Assembly: GCA_032718475.1 (NCBI GenBank)
Contig: JAUCBJ010002196.1
Coordinates: 1-64,000, forward strand
Direction: 5' to 3'
Length of the DNA: 64,000 nt
DNA from: Nemertoderma westbladi
Taxonomy: Eukaryota > Animalia > Xenacoelomorpha
The position numbers and the translations under genes were made by a program. How positions within the stretch are numbered: the stretch's first letter is position 1; every line of letters starts with the position of its first letter. Below are positions 1 to 10,812 of this stretch, one piece after another. The notes under the pieces were generated by a model. That model was not told the origin of the DNA and searched no databases. It saw only the letters and a list, made by a program, of their open reading frames with translations.

Positions 1-147
1 CAGCTTTTCAGTCTTTTTCACGACCGGTAAGATAACTCATTTCCAATACTTACTGGAGATTTTGAATTTCCCTCTCAAAATAATAATAACTACAAAATTC
101 ATTAAACGCCCAGTACAGTACACATGTGTTTATCATCGCTCTTAACA
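1..147 (-). repeat. 3' LTR (partial; only its first 147 nt are in the window)
   Basis: Identical to 10666-10812 except A46 vs G10711. Ends ...cttaaca on + (TGTTAAG on -). Confidence 0.93.
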
Positions 148-159
148 CCGCTCTCCATT
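148..159 (-). promoter_or_regulatory. Polypurine tract (AATGGAGAGCGG) abutting the 3' LTR
   Basis: Purine-rich run on the minus strand immediately before the TGT start of the 3' LTR. Confidence 0.7.
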
Positions 160-786
160 ATACATTTATGTATAATGTTATTTAATAAATCGCATGTGTC
201 CACTAGAATAGACGTAAGCTTGTAACCAGTAATACACAAATAATATAGATATAAAGTACATGATAAAATATAATTTCAAATCAAAATCAATGCTAACTCT
301 ATTCCTTAAAATATCACAAACCACAAAAAATAATTTCGACTGCTTTCCTGTTCTGTACTTGCCACAACAATCTTATTACAGATTGAAACAATACAACATC
401 AATATATATAAAACTGACATACTGTACACAATAATTTTCAATAATATCTATGTTTCGCTTTACAAATGGAATTAAATATTTAACTATTATACACAAGGTG
501 GCTAACGTAACTCGATAATCCACATACTTTTTGATTCCATTAACAAGAACCTGACTCTATTTATAATTATGAGCACTAGCGGCTAATGCTCATAATGTAT
601 TATTTAATAATATACTGTAATACTGACAATTGCAACAGTCAAGAGTTCATATTACACGGTTTATCGCACCATTAATAATAAAAAATAAAATTCAGTTTTA
701 TTCACCATAGTTGGGAATTTATTTACCTATGGTAAGTAAGCCTTCAACCGCTCTCATGGCCAAATTATACCTTTACACCTTTTAAG

Positions 787-885
787 GTTTTTTTTTTTTT
801 ATTTTTTATTTTTTTTTTTTTTTTTTTTTATTTTTTTTTATTTTTATTTTTTATTTATTTATTTATTTTTATTTTATTTATTTTT
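787..885. repeat. T-rich low-complexity tract (A-rich on the element's sense strand) in the retrotransposon 3' non-coding region
   Basis: Runs of T interrupted by single A, including (TTTA)n. Confidence 0.85.
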
Positions 886-1168
886 AAGCTCAAGTGCATT
901 GCATAGTTGCACACACTAATATTTCCGCTCTCAAAATGTGTGCAGAGGGTCGGCAGTCAGTGATACACATACATATGTATTTTAGTAATATATCTACTAA
1001 CCTACCACTGATAAAGACAACATACATACATTCGTAAGGTAACTTACATATAGAAAGAACAATCCATAATCCTAGATAAGTAAATGTTCTAGAATAAAAG
1101 TTAATTAATAATTCCTTAATAATAAAATATTGTCAACAACAAAAAAACAAATATCTATCTAAGAAAGT

Positions 1169-4006
1169 TTATTTGTTGAATGGTAAAACGTTAGCCTGTG
1201 GATTCTCAGGGAACTGACCATAGTTACCGCTTCGATCTCGAGGACATTCCAGTAGAACAAGAGACTGGATCGGTCTCTTTAAGATGGAACCATTGGAGAG
1301 TTTAAGTAAAACAGAACGTATAAGACCATCGTCCCCAGGATATACTTCCAATACTCGGGCAAGAAGCCACCTGCGTCGTGGGACTTTAGGGTCATTGACG
1401 ATTACAATGTCATCAACCTGTACATTTTTGAGTTCCCTAAACCATTTGGTTCTTGTAGACAAAGTGGGCAGATACTGCGTTTTCCACTGGCCCCAGAAGT
1501 TATCAACATGAAGGATGACAGCTTCATATAAATTTCGCAAGTAGTAACCTGATGTATCATCCTGCTCATGATCCTTCTGAACTAAGATAGAGATAGGACG
1601 CTGGAGAAGGAAATGAGCTGGTGTAAGTGCTTCCATAGATTCAGGGTCATGGTTCACATGTACTAATGGTCGATTATTCAGGACACAAGAAATTTCTGTT
1701 AATAGAGTTCTAAACATTTCATCCGTAAAATCTCTGGGTGCAGGCATAATCAAAGATAGAGATGACTTGATGGAGCGAATCAGGCGCTCATAGGCTCCAC
1801 CATACCATGGTGAGTGAGGAGGGTTGAACTTCCATGTCTGCAAAGGTATTCCATAGTTACCCAGAAATTTGGACACTGCAACATTATTCCAATCCTCAAT
1901 CATTATCAAAAGATCAGATGCAGCAGCAATGAAGTTTGATCCACAGTCAGAGCGGTACTTAATGGCTCCACCAGTCATTGCAATAAATCTCCGGAGACAA
2001 AGCATGAAACTGTTGAGATCAGGGCGATCCACCATGTCTAGATATACTGCTCTTGTGGTTAAGCATGTATAGATTATTCCCCAACGTTTGATCATTGTAT
2101 ATCCTCGTCTAATATTGAAGGGACCAAACATATCAACTCCAGCATTATAAAAGGATGGCTTATATTCTTGAAGACGTTCAATGGGAAGAGGCCCTTCCAG
2201 CTGTTGACAAGCTCGTCCAAAGACTCTCTTACATGGAATACAACTGTCAAGAATATCACGAAGCGGCTTCCAGGGTTTAATAAAGAAATATTTGCGCCGT
2301 ATAATGTTGAGGATTTGCTCTTGACCAACATGGAGATAATGTATATGTATGTCATAAATAATAGAGCGTTGGAGATCCTGATTGGCCATAATGATAGGGA
2401 AGCGCTCATTGTAAGACATAGGTGTATTTATATTACGATTTCCAAGGCGCATGATGCCAGAATGCATTACACAGTGGAAACGATCTGGTATGAAAGTTTG
2501 TTGCAAAGTGGCTAGACGTTCATACTTCTCTGGAACTGTGGAACATTGAGCAAATCGAATAATTTGTCGTTCAGTTTTGGCACGTTCAATCTCAGTGAAG
2601 GCAAGAGATTCTGGGAGATGATTTAATGGGTCAGCAATGTTAGAATGAGTGGTAGCAGGAAGCTTCTTTTTGAAGTACCAATTTGCTAGCTTTTTGTACC
2701 AACTTATGGCAAATATCAAACATCCAAATGAACGATAATGATTAAATAATCGATGCAGGATCGTCGATCCTATGTCGGTGATCTTCGGGAATAACTCATT
2801 CCTATCTGCAGGAGGGGCAACAATAAATTCGAGGGTTTCATAAGAAGATACATGTATAACCAGAGAATCTTCAATGGCTGTGTGGTCACCATGAAAGGAA
2901 TCCCCAGTTTGAATGTGCAGGATATTTTCACTGGGTTGTTTGAAGATCAATGTTGACTTCCGCCTTCGAATTTCAGCCTTTGAGCTGAGCTGTAAATCAT
3001 TGAGGGGCTCAGGCCAATGTTCTCGTCCTTCTTGCAAATATAAAGGGCCATGCATCCAAAGAACATTCTCCAGAAGCTTTTCACCTTCACATCCTCGGGA
3101 TGCAATATCTGCTGGATTAATCTTTCCGGGCACATGAAACCACTGATCAACAGTCGAGTATTGACTAATAGTGTTAACACGATTTGTGACATAAACAACA
3201 AACTCTGCTTGCTGGTTATGTAAATACTGCAAAACCAGAGCCGCATCTGTCCAATAATAAAAAGTCATATTTTCTAAATTCAATTCTTGCTTCAATGTTT
3301 GACCAATTTCAATGGAAAAAACTGCGGCCTGAAGTTCAGCTCGAGGAATAGTCAATGACTTTGCAGGCATTATATGAGTCTTACTTCCAAGCAAACTAGT
3401 TGAGAAAATTTTACCCATCTGGACAGCTAGATAGGCTACAGTAGCCATACCAACATCACTAGCATCGCTGAAGATATGGATATCAACAGGGGTATCTACT
3501 GATAGATCAGGGAAGTAACTACGAGATAACTTAAAGTTGTTAAGGGCAATGAGAGAAGCCTCCCAACTTGCCCATGATTTTAAGAGGGTTTCAGATAAAG
3601 CTTGGTCCCATTCAATACCTTCCTTCCAAATATCTTTAAGAAGACACTTGCCTTTCATAATGACAGGTGAAACAAAACCTACTGGGTCATAGGTAGTTGC
3701 TAAAATTGATAAGCAAGAGCGTTTAGTTCGTGCAACCATCTCAAATGATTTCACCTTATAAAATAGACCATCCTGTACAGGATCCCAATGGATACCCAAT
3801 GCCTTTGTTGATGGCATAGGATCAACCCCTAATTCATAATTAGCATGCTGGCGTTGCTCGGGCAAGAAAGATTCTAAAAGCCTAACACTGTTACTAGCAA
3901 ACTTAACTAAGTTGAAGCCTCCTAGTGATAATGTGTTCCTTACTCCATGTGCAACTTTTATTGCTTGGTCTTCTGTCTCCTGTGAATTCATGACATCATC
4001 CATGTA
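1169..4006 (-). pseudogene. pol: pol C-terminal part: RT from YMDD onward, RNase H (Pao-type), integrase (HHCC, DDE, C-terminal domain)
   Basis: ORF 1169..4033. Its first residues (MQTSYLDGP) come from the MITE TIR, then YMDD, GGFNLVKF, KALGIHWD, FSDAS, H..YLH...CIPC, GVDMFGP, SDCGSNF, ERLIR, W.LARVLEVYPG.DG.IR. Confidence 0.93.
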
Positions 4007-4383
4007 GGGGCCGTCCAAGTATGACGTCTGCACTTTTCCCCAAAATGTTGACCCCCTCCCTCCCCTAAATCAGATGTCATCAGATAGGCGTTGACCCCCC
4101 CCCCCCCCCCTAATCAGATTAAAAAAAATTTTCGCGTCCTAATCACTGAAACATGGTGACTGGTAACTGAAACAGAAGGTCGTGCTACGGGCCTTCGGGG
4201 TCTTCGAACAATTAAAATGGGCAAGCTATTTACTCTTCTGCTATATCTCTTCTAGCACCTATAAATGAACATGCTGACGTCAGATTTTGGCTGACCCCCT
4301 CCCCTCCCCTCATCAGCACGTCATCAGATTTTCCCAACCCCCCTCCCCCCCCTAAAGTGCTGACGTCATACTTGGACGGCCCC
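4007..4383. mobile_element. 377-bp MITE, PIF/Harbinger (Tourist-like) type
   Basis: 30-bp TIRs GGGGCCGTCCAAGTATGACGTC(T/A)GCACTTT at 4007-4036 and 4354-4383 (1 mismatch). 3-bp TSD GTA at 4004-4006 and 4384-4386. No coding capacity; internal C-rich direct repeats. Confidence 0.93.
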
Positions 4384-4386
4384 GTA

Positions 4387-5451
4387 TATGTCATTTGTGA
4401 GCACAGGAATAACTTCTGGAAGCACTAAAGGAATACCATGTTCATCAACTCGTCCTTCATTATCTTCTACAGTAGCAACAACACAACAGCCTGCATTTGA
4501 TGGTGAAGACACTATACCAAAGGCTTGAACAAGGAAATGAAACTCAACAGGGTTTCCTTCCATCTTATCATTATCCCACCAGAGATAACGAAGTGAATCA
4601 CGATCAGGGGGAGTTACCCGAACCTGCATAAACATAGCTTCAATATCAGCTATATACACAAATTTGAAGCGCCGAAAACGTAAGATAATTCCGATAATAT
4701 TTCTGAGATAATTTGGGCCTGCCATGAGCTGACTGTTTAGTGACACACCATGGTATACTGCAGCACCATCTGTGACTACTCTTACTTTATCAGGTTTACT
4801 AGGGTGGACTACAAAGAAGTGTGGTAAATAGTATGTTCTAGAAGAAGGTGCAAGGAGATCATCTGGAACTCTCTGTGCCCAACCATTCGCTATCAGTTTG
4901 TCCATTTCTTGTTTATACTTCTTATATACCCGGGGTCTATCAAAAAGACGCTTACGCAGTGAATTAAGACGTTTCTCTGCTAATGGTTTATTATTTATCA
5001 TAGTTGGTTCTAGTTTCCTCCATAATAATCCCATTTCGTAATGCCCATCTGGAAGAAGTTTACGAGTGGTTCGTTGAATTTCCTTAGCTCTAACCTCTTC
5101 AACTGAACTTGCCTTCTCATATTCTAATGCTAACATCTTTTGACCATCTATCCATTGGGCTACTCGTAAGTGTAATTCTTGCAAGAGATACTTTTCATCG
5201 TCACATTGAAGTTCTAGTTTAGTATTTACTTTAGACTCAGTCTTGAAGATCATCTCATCTGGGGAATCCTGGTCATCTGATTCTGTAACTGCCACTAAAC
5301 CTTTCATTATTTCACTAGGCCTAGAACCAGGATCCTGAAACATCTCCCACAGGTCTTCAGCGAGAAAGGACTCCTCTTCATCATCCATTAGATCTGCATT
5401 CTGAAAAAGAATCAATGTCTTTACAGCTTCATCTAACTGAATATCACAAGT
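4387..5451 (-). pseudogene. pol: pol N-terminal part (acidic linker + RT up to YMDD)
   Basis: ORF 4366..5415 (GHYEMGLLW, YYLPHFFV, VSLNSQLMAGP, ADIEAMFMQV, FGIVSSP). The same frame is open upstream to the TAA at 5452-5454. It joins the 1169..4006 part in frame when the MITE plus one TSD (380 bp) is removed. Confidence 0.92.
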
Positions 5452-8400
5452 TTAAGCAAAGTTGACCAGTTCTGGACTAGCTTCGATATACTTTGCCTTA
5501 CCTTCTTCAGGAGGCGGCCATTCCCTCTCAGCACAAGTCTTCCTTGATGGGCCTGTAAAATACCATCCTAAGACACATTTAGTAGCTATAGGCTGATACG
5601 GTAGTGGATTCCGGGGAACCTGCTCTAGACAGGCTCGAACTTCAGTACAATTACCCCCAATAATCATTGAAATGCTTGATTCCTTGAGAACTTGAACTGT
5701 AAAACCATACTTGATAATGAAAGGATCCTGAGACCAATCATAGACTTTACTGCATGACTTGGCAAACATCGGTAAGCTAAGAATACGAACATTCTTTAAT
5801 GTTGCTGGAAAGTTAATATCCACTGAGGAAATTTCACCTTTACTTTTCTGAATTTCACGGTGCGTAACCCCACTGATACCCTTAAGGTCAATAGTTTCCA
5901 CATCAAAGTCAGAGAATATGGTTGAGAAAAGATCTCCATCCAGAAATGTTGCAGTACTTCCAGTATCGATTAAGGCATTGCATTCACAGGATGATCCACT
6001 TTTACTAATGACTTTAACTGGAAGAACAGGATATTCTCTAATAGCTTTCTTAGACTTAAGTATAGCTCTTGATTGAAAGGCATGTAAAAGTTCATCAATT
6101 ACATATGTCTCATCTGTTTCTTCAGTAGAAGCCTCATTATCTGAATCAAAAATATTCTTGTCATGTGCCAGGAACTGTGAAATCTTAGTGGCTGCCTTAG
6201 GATTAGGACATAATAATGTATGATGACGCTCTTTACAAATATGACAATTGGAGTGACTGGGACATACATCCTTTACATGGTCTGCACGAAGACAGTTTGA
6301 ACAAATAGAAACTCTATTTACTATTGATTTTCTCATAGGAAGATCATCATTAAGGAACTTATCACACTTATGTAATCGATGATTTCCTTTACATCTTGCA
6401 CAAATATCTTCATGATGTGAAATTGTAGGTTTCAATTTTGGAGAAGGATATAACTTCTTGACAGGTTTTCTAGAAGCTACACATGCTGTCTCTTCTGAGT
6501 CAGAATTTGCAAGATCACCTTCTGAGTCAGAGCAACCTTCGGGGATGGTTGAAAATGCATTAACTGAAGGATCATAATCTTTACTACTAGGTCGAATTCT
6601 CCATTTTCGAGAAGGAAGTAATTCAACTTTAGCTTCTTTTGTATTTTTCTGCATCGAGCTAGAATATGGAGCTCCCCGACACTGGGCAAGATCAACCTCA
6701 GACTCTATAAATTCCATAAAATCAGCAAGATTCTCACAACGAGGAATGTTTCGCTCTGATTTTGGATTTACTATACTCCTAATCGTTTTTATCCATCGAC
6801 CCTTTGCAGATGGGTCCAACTTATCTGAAAGGATATTAAGAGCTGCTGCATTATCCAACTGATTTAGTTGACCAATATCCTTCATTTGTTTTACTATTCT
6901 TTGTAAGTGATCAAAATACTGGACAACCTTTTGAGGATGCTTAAATGAAGGATACTCAATGGCTTGCTTGTATAAAATTTGAGCTATCCATCGTGGATTT
7001 CCATAACGTTTTTGTAGTGTCTTCCAAGCTACTTGAAATCCTCCTACAACTCCAATATGCTGTTGCACCATTGTATGAGGTGGTCCTTCAGTTGCAGATA
7101 AAAGATAATTTAGATTCTCAATAGGTGATAAGTTCTTACTCAAGACTGTAGAAATAAAATATTGGTAAAAAACTGGCCAGGTTTCAGGTTCTCCTTTGAA
7201 AGTCACAAACTTCGGTTGGGGTAAATATTTATTTATTTCAGAATGCGAAAGCAGTTTAAGGCTAGTTTGTTCCAAACTAGTATTATGTGCTGAGAGGTTT
7301 GAATTGGGCTGCCTGGTTCTAGAATAAGACTGATGGCCTGCACCTTCTCCGAAAAATTCCCTCTGGGGCTGAGGTACATTGTTAGGCCTCCATCCATAGC
7401 TATACTCATCGCCTTGAGGCAGTGGACTACGATGATCTGAATAAACAGTAGGATTTTCAGAATGAATGATAGAGTTAGGAGGAATCTGATTTCTTCTGTG
7501 ATCCCGACCACCTACAGTATTACCAGAAAATTCATTACCGAATCCATATTCAAATTCCATAGGAGGACCTGATGCAAGATAATTATCCTGTGGGGAATGA
7601 AGATTATGGTCTGGAGGTCTTCTATAATAACGATCAGATTCATAAGTGTGTCTAGGATCTCTACGGGCATCCTGACTCTGAGCTGCATATTGTGGTACGA
7701 ATAAACTAGGAGAGAAGTTGTCTACATTAGATGCACCATACGATTGTGTACGTGTTATATGGGATATCTGAGATCGTGTAGCTTCCATATGGACGGGTTG
7801 CTGCCCATGAGGGTGATATCCATGAATAATAGGATGCTGCTGCATTTCAAAGGTAGATAATTGTGGTAGATTAGACTGTCTATGATTAACTCCCGGTCTG
7901 GAAGGCATCCCATTGTGTGCACTTACCGTATAAGTAGATCTTCCAGTATTCAGAGGAATATTGCTAACCCCACTTACAGGTGTATTAATTTCCCTAGTTT
8001 CTCCAGTAACTATTATGTGTCTAGCACGATCTGTAATATATGGTTCCTGGACACGATAATTCGGCCTGGTTTTCTTCCTAGCACCCATAGCAACCGGTGT
8101 GATGGGTGCACATACTTCAACGTTAGTAGAATGTGGATTCAAACTTATACCCTCTAATTGAGAAACAGGAACATCTAGGGCCCCTTGAGTGTATGTAACA
8201 ATCCTAGGCATATTGAGAGCTGATATACTACTAGAAGCAGCTGGAATAGTTGCAGCAACCCAATCAGTTACCATTGATTTAGTGGACACAGGTACTGGTA
8301 ATACTGGGCTTTGCGCAGCTAAACTAAATGAAACTGGTTCTGGTATCCCCATGCTTGTAACATTAGGTCTGGGAATTTGTGTTGATGATAATAAAGGGTC

Positions 8401-9315
8401 TGGGCACAAGTTTTGATTTGCATTTGTTTTACCTCTAGTACTGTTTCGGCTGGCAGCACTTGAACAAGGTGAGTCCAACTGGCGTTGCAGTCTAGCAACT
8501 TCTCTGTTGTTTACATCATTCTTGACCTCATTTAGTTGAACTTGAGCCTGATATTGTACTTGAGCAAGCTCTGAGTCAGCCTTTAACTTTGCTGCCTTAA
8601 TGTTTAATTCAGTTAATTCCTTTGCCCGTTCAATTCGTTTCTTATCAGCTTCTTCTTCTGCTGCATCTAACTTTTCCCTAATTACTGAACTCCGTTGACT
8701 TGGTTGTGAACTCTTAGAAGATCGAGAATGAGAAACCTGAGAAATACTATCCTGTGGGACAACATAAACACTCTCTCCTGGTTCAATATTGAACGGCCTC
8801 TTTACTATTGTTCGTAACTCTGAATGTACTTTACAAGCTAATTGTAAAAATGTAGCATTGCGACTTTCAATGTCTTGCTTTAGGAGGGGATTTTGAGATA
8901 ATTCAGCAAATTGTAAAATTAATTTACTTAATAATTCGCGATCCTTAATAAGGTTAACACATTTCACCCATAATTCATTATGTTTCTCCACTGGCAAAGA
9001 AAGTTGCCATCCAGGTTTAAGCAAGGACAAAATATAATTAAATTCTCGTGTAAAACGACTAAAACGACCACTGACACTTCGACGCCAATTTAAATCCTCT
9101 AAAGATTCTATTGTCACCCCCAATGACATTAATTTAATCTTGGTGTCCTCTATACCTACCGGTATATCACTTATTCCTTCCCCTCCTGCGGCACCTGGAG
9201 GTTGATATAGGAACGGCATTACCAATTCAGGTTCAACCACATCAATTACAGTAATGTCTAGCACACTACTAGAACTATCAGGACGACTAGATTTTTTATC
9301 ATAATCTAGGGACAT
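5452..9315 (-). CDS. gag: BEL/Pao Gag + aspartic protease (1287 aa)
   Basis: Coiled-coil/low-complexity N-terminus; FKGEPETWPVFYQYF...AWKTLQKRYGNP capsid-like region; knuckles CARCKGNHRLHKC, CSNCLRADHVKDVC, CHICKERHHTLLC; protease ALIDTGS. Confidence 0.92.
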   Translation of the reverse strand: MSLDYDKKSSRPDSSSSVLDITVIDVVEPELVMPFLYQPPGAAGGEGISDIPVGIEDTKIKLMSLGVTIESLEDLNWRRSVSGRFSRFTREFNYILSLLKPGWQLSLPVEKHNELWVKCVNLIKDRELLSKLILQFAELSQNPLLKQDIESRNATFLQLACKVHSELRTIVKRPFNIEPGESVYVVPQDSISQVSHSRSSKSSQPSQRSSVIREKLDAAEEEADKKRIERAKELTELNIKAAKLKADSELAQVQYQAQVQLNEVKNDVNNREVARLQRQLDSPCSSAASRNSTRGKTNANQNLCPDPLLSSTQIPRPNVTSMGIPEPVSFSLAAQSPVLPVPVSTKSMVTDWVAATIPAASSSISALNMPRIVTYTQGALDVPVSQLEGISLNPHSTNVEVCAPITPVAMGARKKTRPNYRVQEPYITDRARHIIVTGETREINTPVSGVSNIPLNTGRSTYTVSAHNGMPSRPGVNHRQSNLPQLSTFEMQQHPIIHGYHPHGQQPVHMEATRSQISHITRTQSYGASNVDNFSPSLFVPQYAAQSQDARRDPRHTYESDRYYRRPPDHNLHSPQDNYLASGPPMEFEYGFGNEFSGNTVGGRDHRRNQIPPNSIIHSENPTVYSDHRSPLPQGDEYSYGWRPNNVPQPQREFFGEGAGHQSYSRTRQPNSNLSAHNTSLEQTSLKLLSHSEINKYLPQPKFVTFKGEPETWPVFYQYFISTVLSKNLSPIENLNYLLSATEGPPHTMVQQHIGVVGGFQVAWKTLQKRYGNPRWIAQILYKQAIEYPSFKHPQKVVQYFDHLQRIVKQMKDIGQLNQLDNAAALNILSDKLDPSAKGRWIKTIRSIVNPKSERNIPRCENLADFMEFIESEVDLAQCRGAPYSSSMQKNTKEAKVELLPSRKWRIRPSSKDYDPSVNAFSTIPEGCSDSEGDLANSDSEETACVASRKPVKKLYPSPKLKPTISHHEDICARCKGNHRLHKCDKFLNDDLPMRKSIVNRVSICSNCLRADHVKDVCPSHSNCHICKERHHTLLCPNPKAATKISQFLAHDKNIFDSDNEASTEETDETYVIDELLHAFQSRAILKSKKAIREYPVLPVKVISKSGSSCECNALIDTGSTATFLDGDLFSTIFSDFDVETIDLKGISGVTHREIQKSKGEISSVDINFPATLKNVRILSLPMFAKSCSKVYDWSQDPFIIKYGFTVQVLKESSISMIIGGNCTEVRACLEQVPRNPLPYQPIATKCVLGWYFTGPSRKTCAEREWPPPEEGKAKYIEASPELVNFA

Positions 9316-9850
9316 TTTTTAATTTTTAGAATTAAACTTTATAGAGTATATGTGTATAAAACACTTACTAGACGTTGTCTGGAATGGACTATAATACCCT
9401 AATATTTAATTATTAATTTATTATAATCATAAATTATAAAAAATTATGTATTTATAATAAATAATATATATATATATATACCGGTACTATACCGGTACTT
9501 ATATAACAAAGGTATAGTTTAACTATGAAAACCAATTACCGGTATACTGCTCCGGTAAAGAAGGCACAAACAGCTTTACACCCTTCATGGGGTGCAACAG
9601 TATAACATTTGTGATTATTAAAAGCGATTTTAAATTATACCGGAAGTGAGCGAAATTTAATGATTTATTTAACTTCCGGCGGTTAATTTTAAGGAAGCCG
9701 AACTGAGACGCTTTTAATTAGGAAGGCCAGAGGCTGTTTGCCCAAGCAGGGTTTATTCTTTGTAATACTTTATAATGCGTTACCGCGTTAATCAGACGCT
9801 CGACTATTACAAATGTTTAGTTATTACAATGTATGTAAGGCCGACAAATT

Positions 9851-10812
9851 TGTTGAATAAATAAATTGGTAAAGGAGGGGATTATCAAGCTGATACACCA
9901 TTTAATATTACTTAACTAGTCAATAAGTAGATATATAAATATTTACAAGAGAAACATTCATCACTTTACCACTAGAAACTATATTACGGCAATCCCATAA
10001 GGCCGTACAGACAGAATTGGCAGTCTATACACGGATACGGTATATTCAAGGTGTACTAAATTATTAGTACCGGTACACCTTGGGTATATTACACTAACCA
10101 AAGAATAAAAAGAAGAAGAGGGCACAAAGTAAACTCAATAATGCAATAATATTGTACATCGAAAAACACTAGGCCTAGTGCTGAAAAACAAAGGATTAAA
10201 GTTCAACTTTGCACTGACAAAACACACTATAAAACACGATCACAAATGAAAATCTCTCCAGCTCTCAGTACGGCTGTAGGATAGATATTATTAAGATAGA
10301 TTATAACTATTTACTAAATTTAAGATAAACTATATACTAAATCGGTTATCCGCATGGGGTTATTATATAAGGTTGTTATTAGTAAATTTAGATTGGCCCA
10401 AGGTTGTAGCGTCTTGCTTCGTTTGTAATAATGGGATGAACAGTACCTTAAACCAATGTATATATTAGGTGTAGAGCTTCTAACCCGATACGAATCAACG
10501 AGCTGATCACCTGTCAACCGAAGACGCACGGAGATGAGTCATAACCATTACTGCATTAGGTTAGGCCTATTCGGTAGAATCCCTGACAGTTACATAACGA
10601 ACAATTAATATGCTATATAATATCAACCATGGAACCGGTACACTGCAGCACTGTACACAGCAGTACAGCTTTTCAGTCTTTTTCACGACCGGTAAGATAA
10701 CTCATTTCCAGTACTTACTGGAGATTTTGAATTTCCCTCTCAAAATAATAATAACTACAAAATTCATTAAACGCCCAGTACAGTACACATGTGTTTATCA
10801 TCGCTCTTAACA
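9851..10812 (-). repeat. 5' LTR (10666-10812 confirmed; inner boundary tentative)
   Basis: 10666-10812 matches 1-147. The inner end is guessed at TGTTGAA (9851), which gives TGTT...AACA termini. It cannot be verified because the other LTR is truncated. Confidence 0.6.

Larger units (their letters stand above)
1..10812 (-). mobile_element. BEL/Pao-family LTR retrotransposon (3' LTR truncated by the window edge; pol inactivated)
   Basis: Direct repeat 1-147 = 10666-10812 (1 mismatch), beginning TGTTAAG on the minus strand. Domain order gag-PR-RT-RNaseH-IN with BEL/Pao-type motifs: three Cys/His knuckles, LIDTGS, YYLPHFFV..P.K..KVRVV.D, IHIFSDAS, TIPRAELQAA, NPADIASRG, GVDMFGP, SDCGSNF, GGAYERLIR. 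Confidence 0.96.

Noticed and set aside
260-8416. Short ORFs overlapping or antisense to gag/pol and in the 3' non-coding region (possible env or accessory genes)
   Set aside because: They are short, have no motifs and no signal or transmembrane pattern; expected by chance.
9830-9850. Primer-binding site of the BEL/Pao element
   Set aside because: No clear TGG-initiated tRNA 3'-complement could be identified, and the LTR inner boundary is uncertain.
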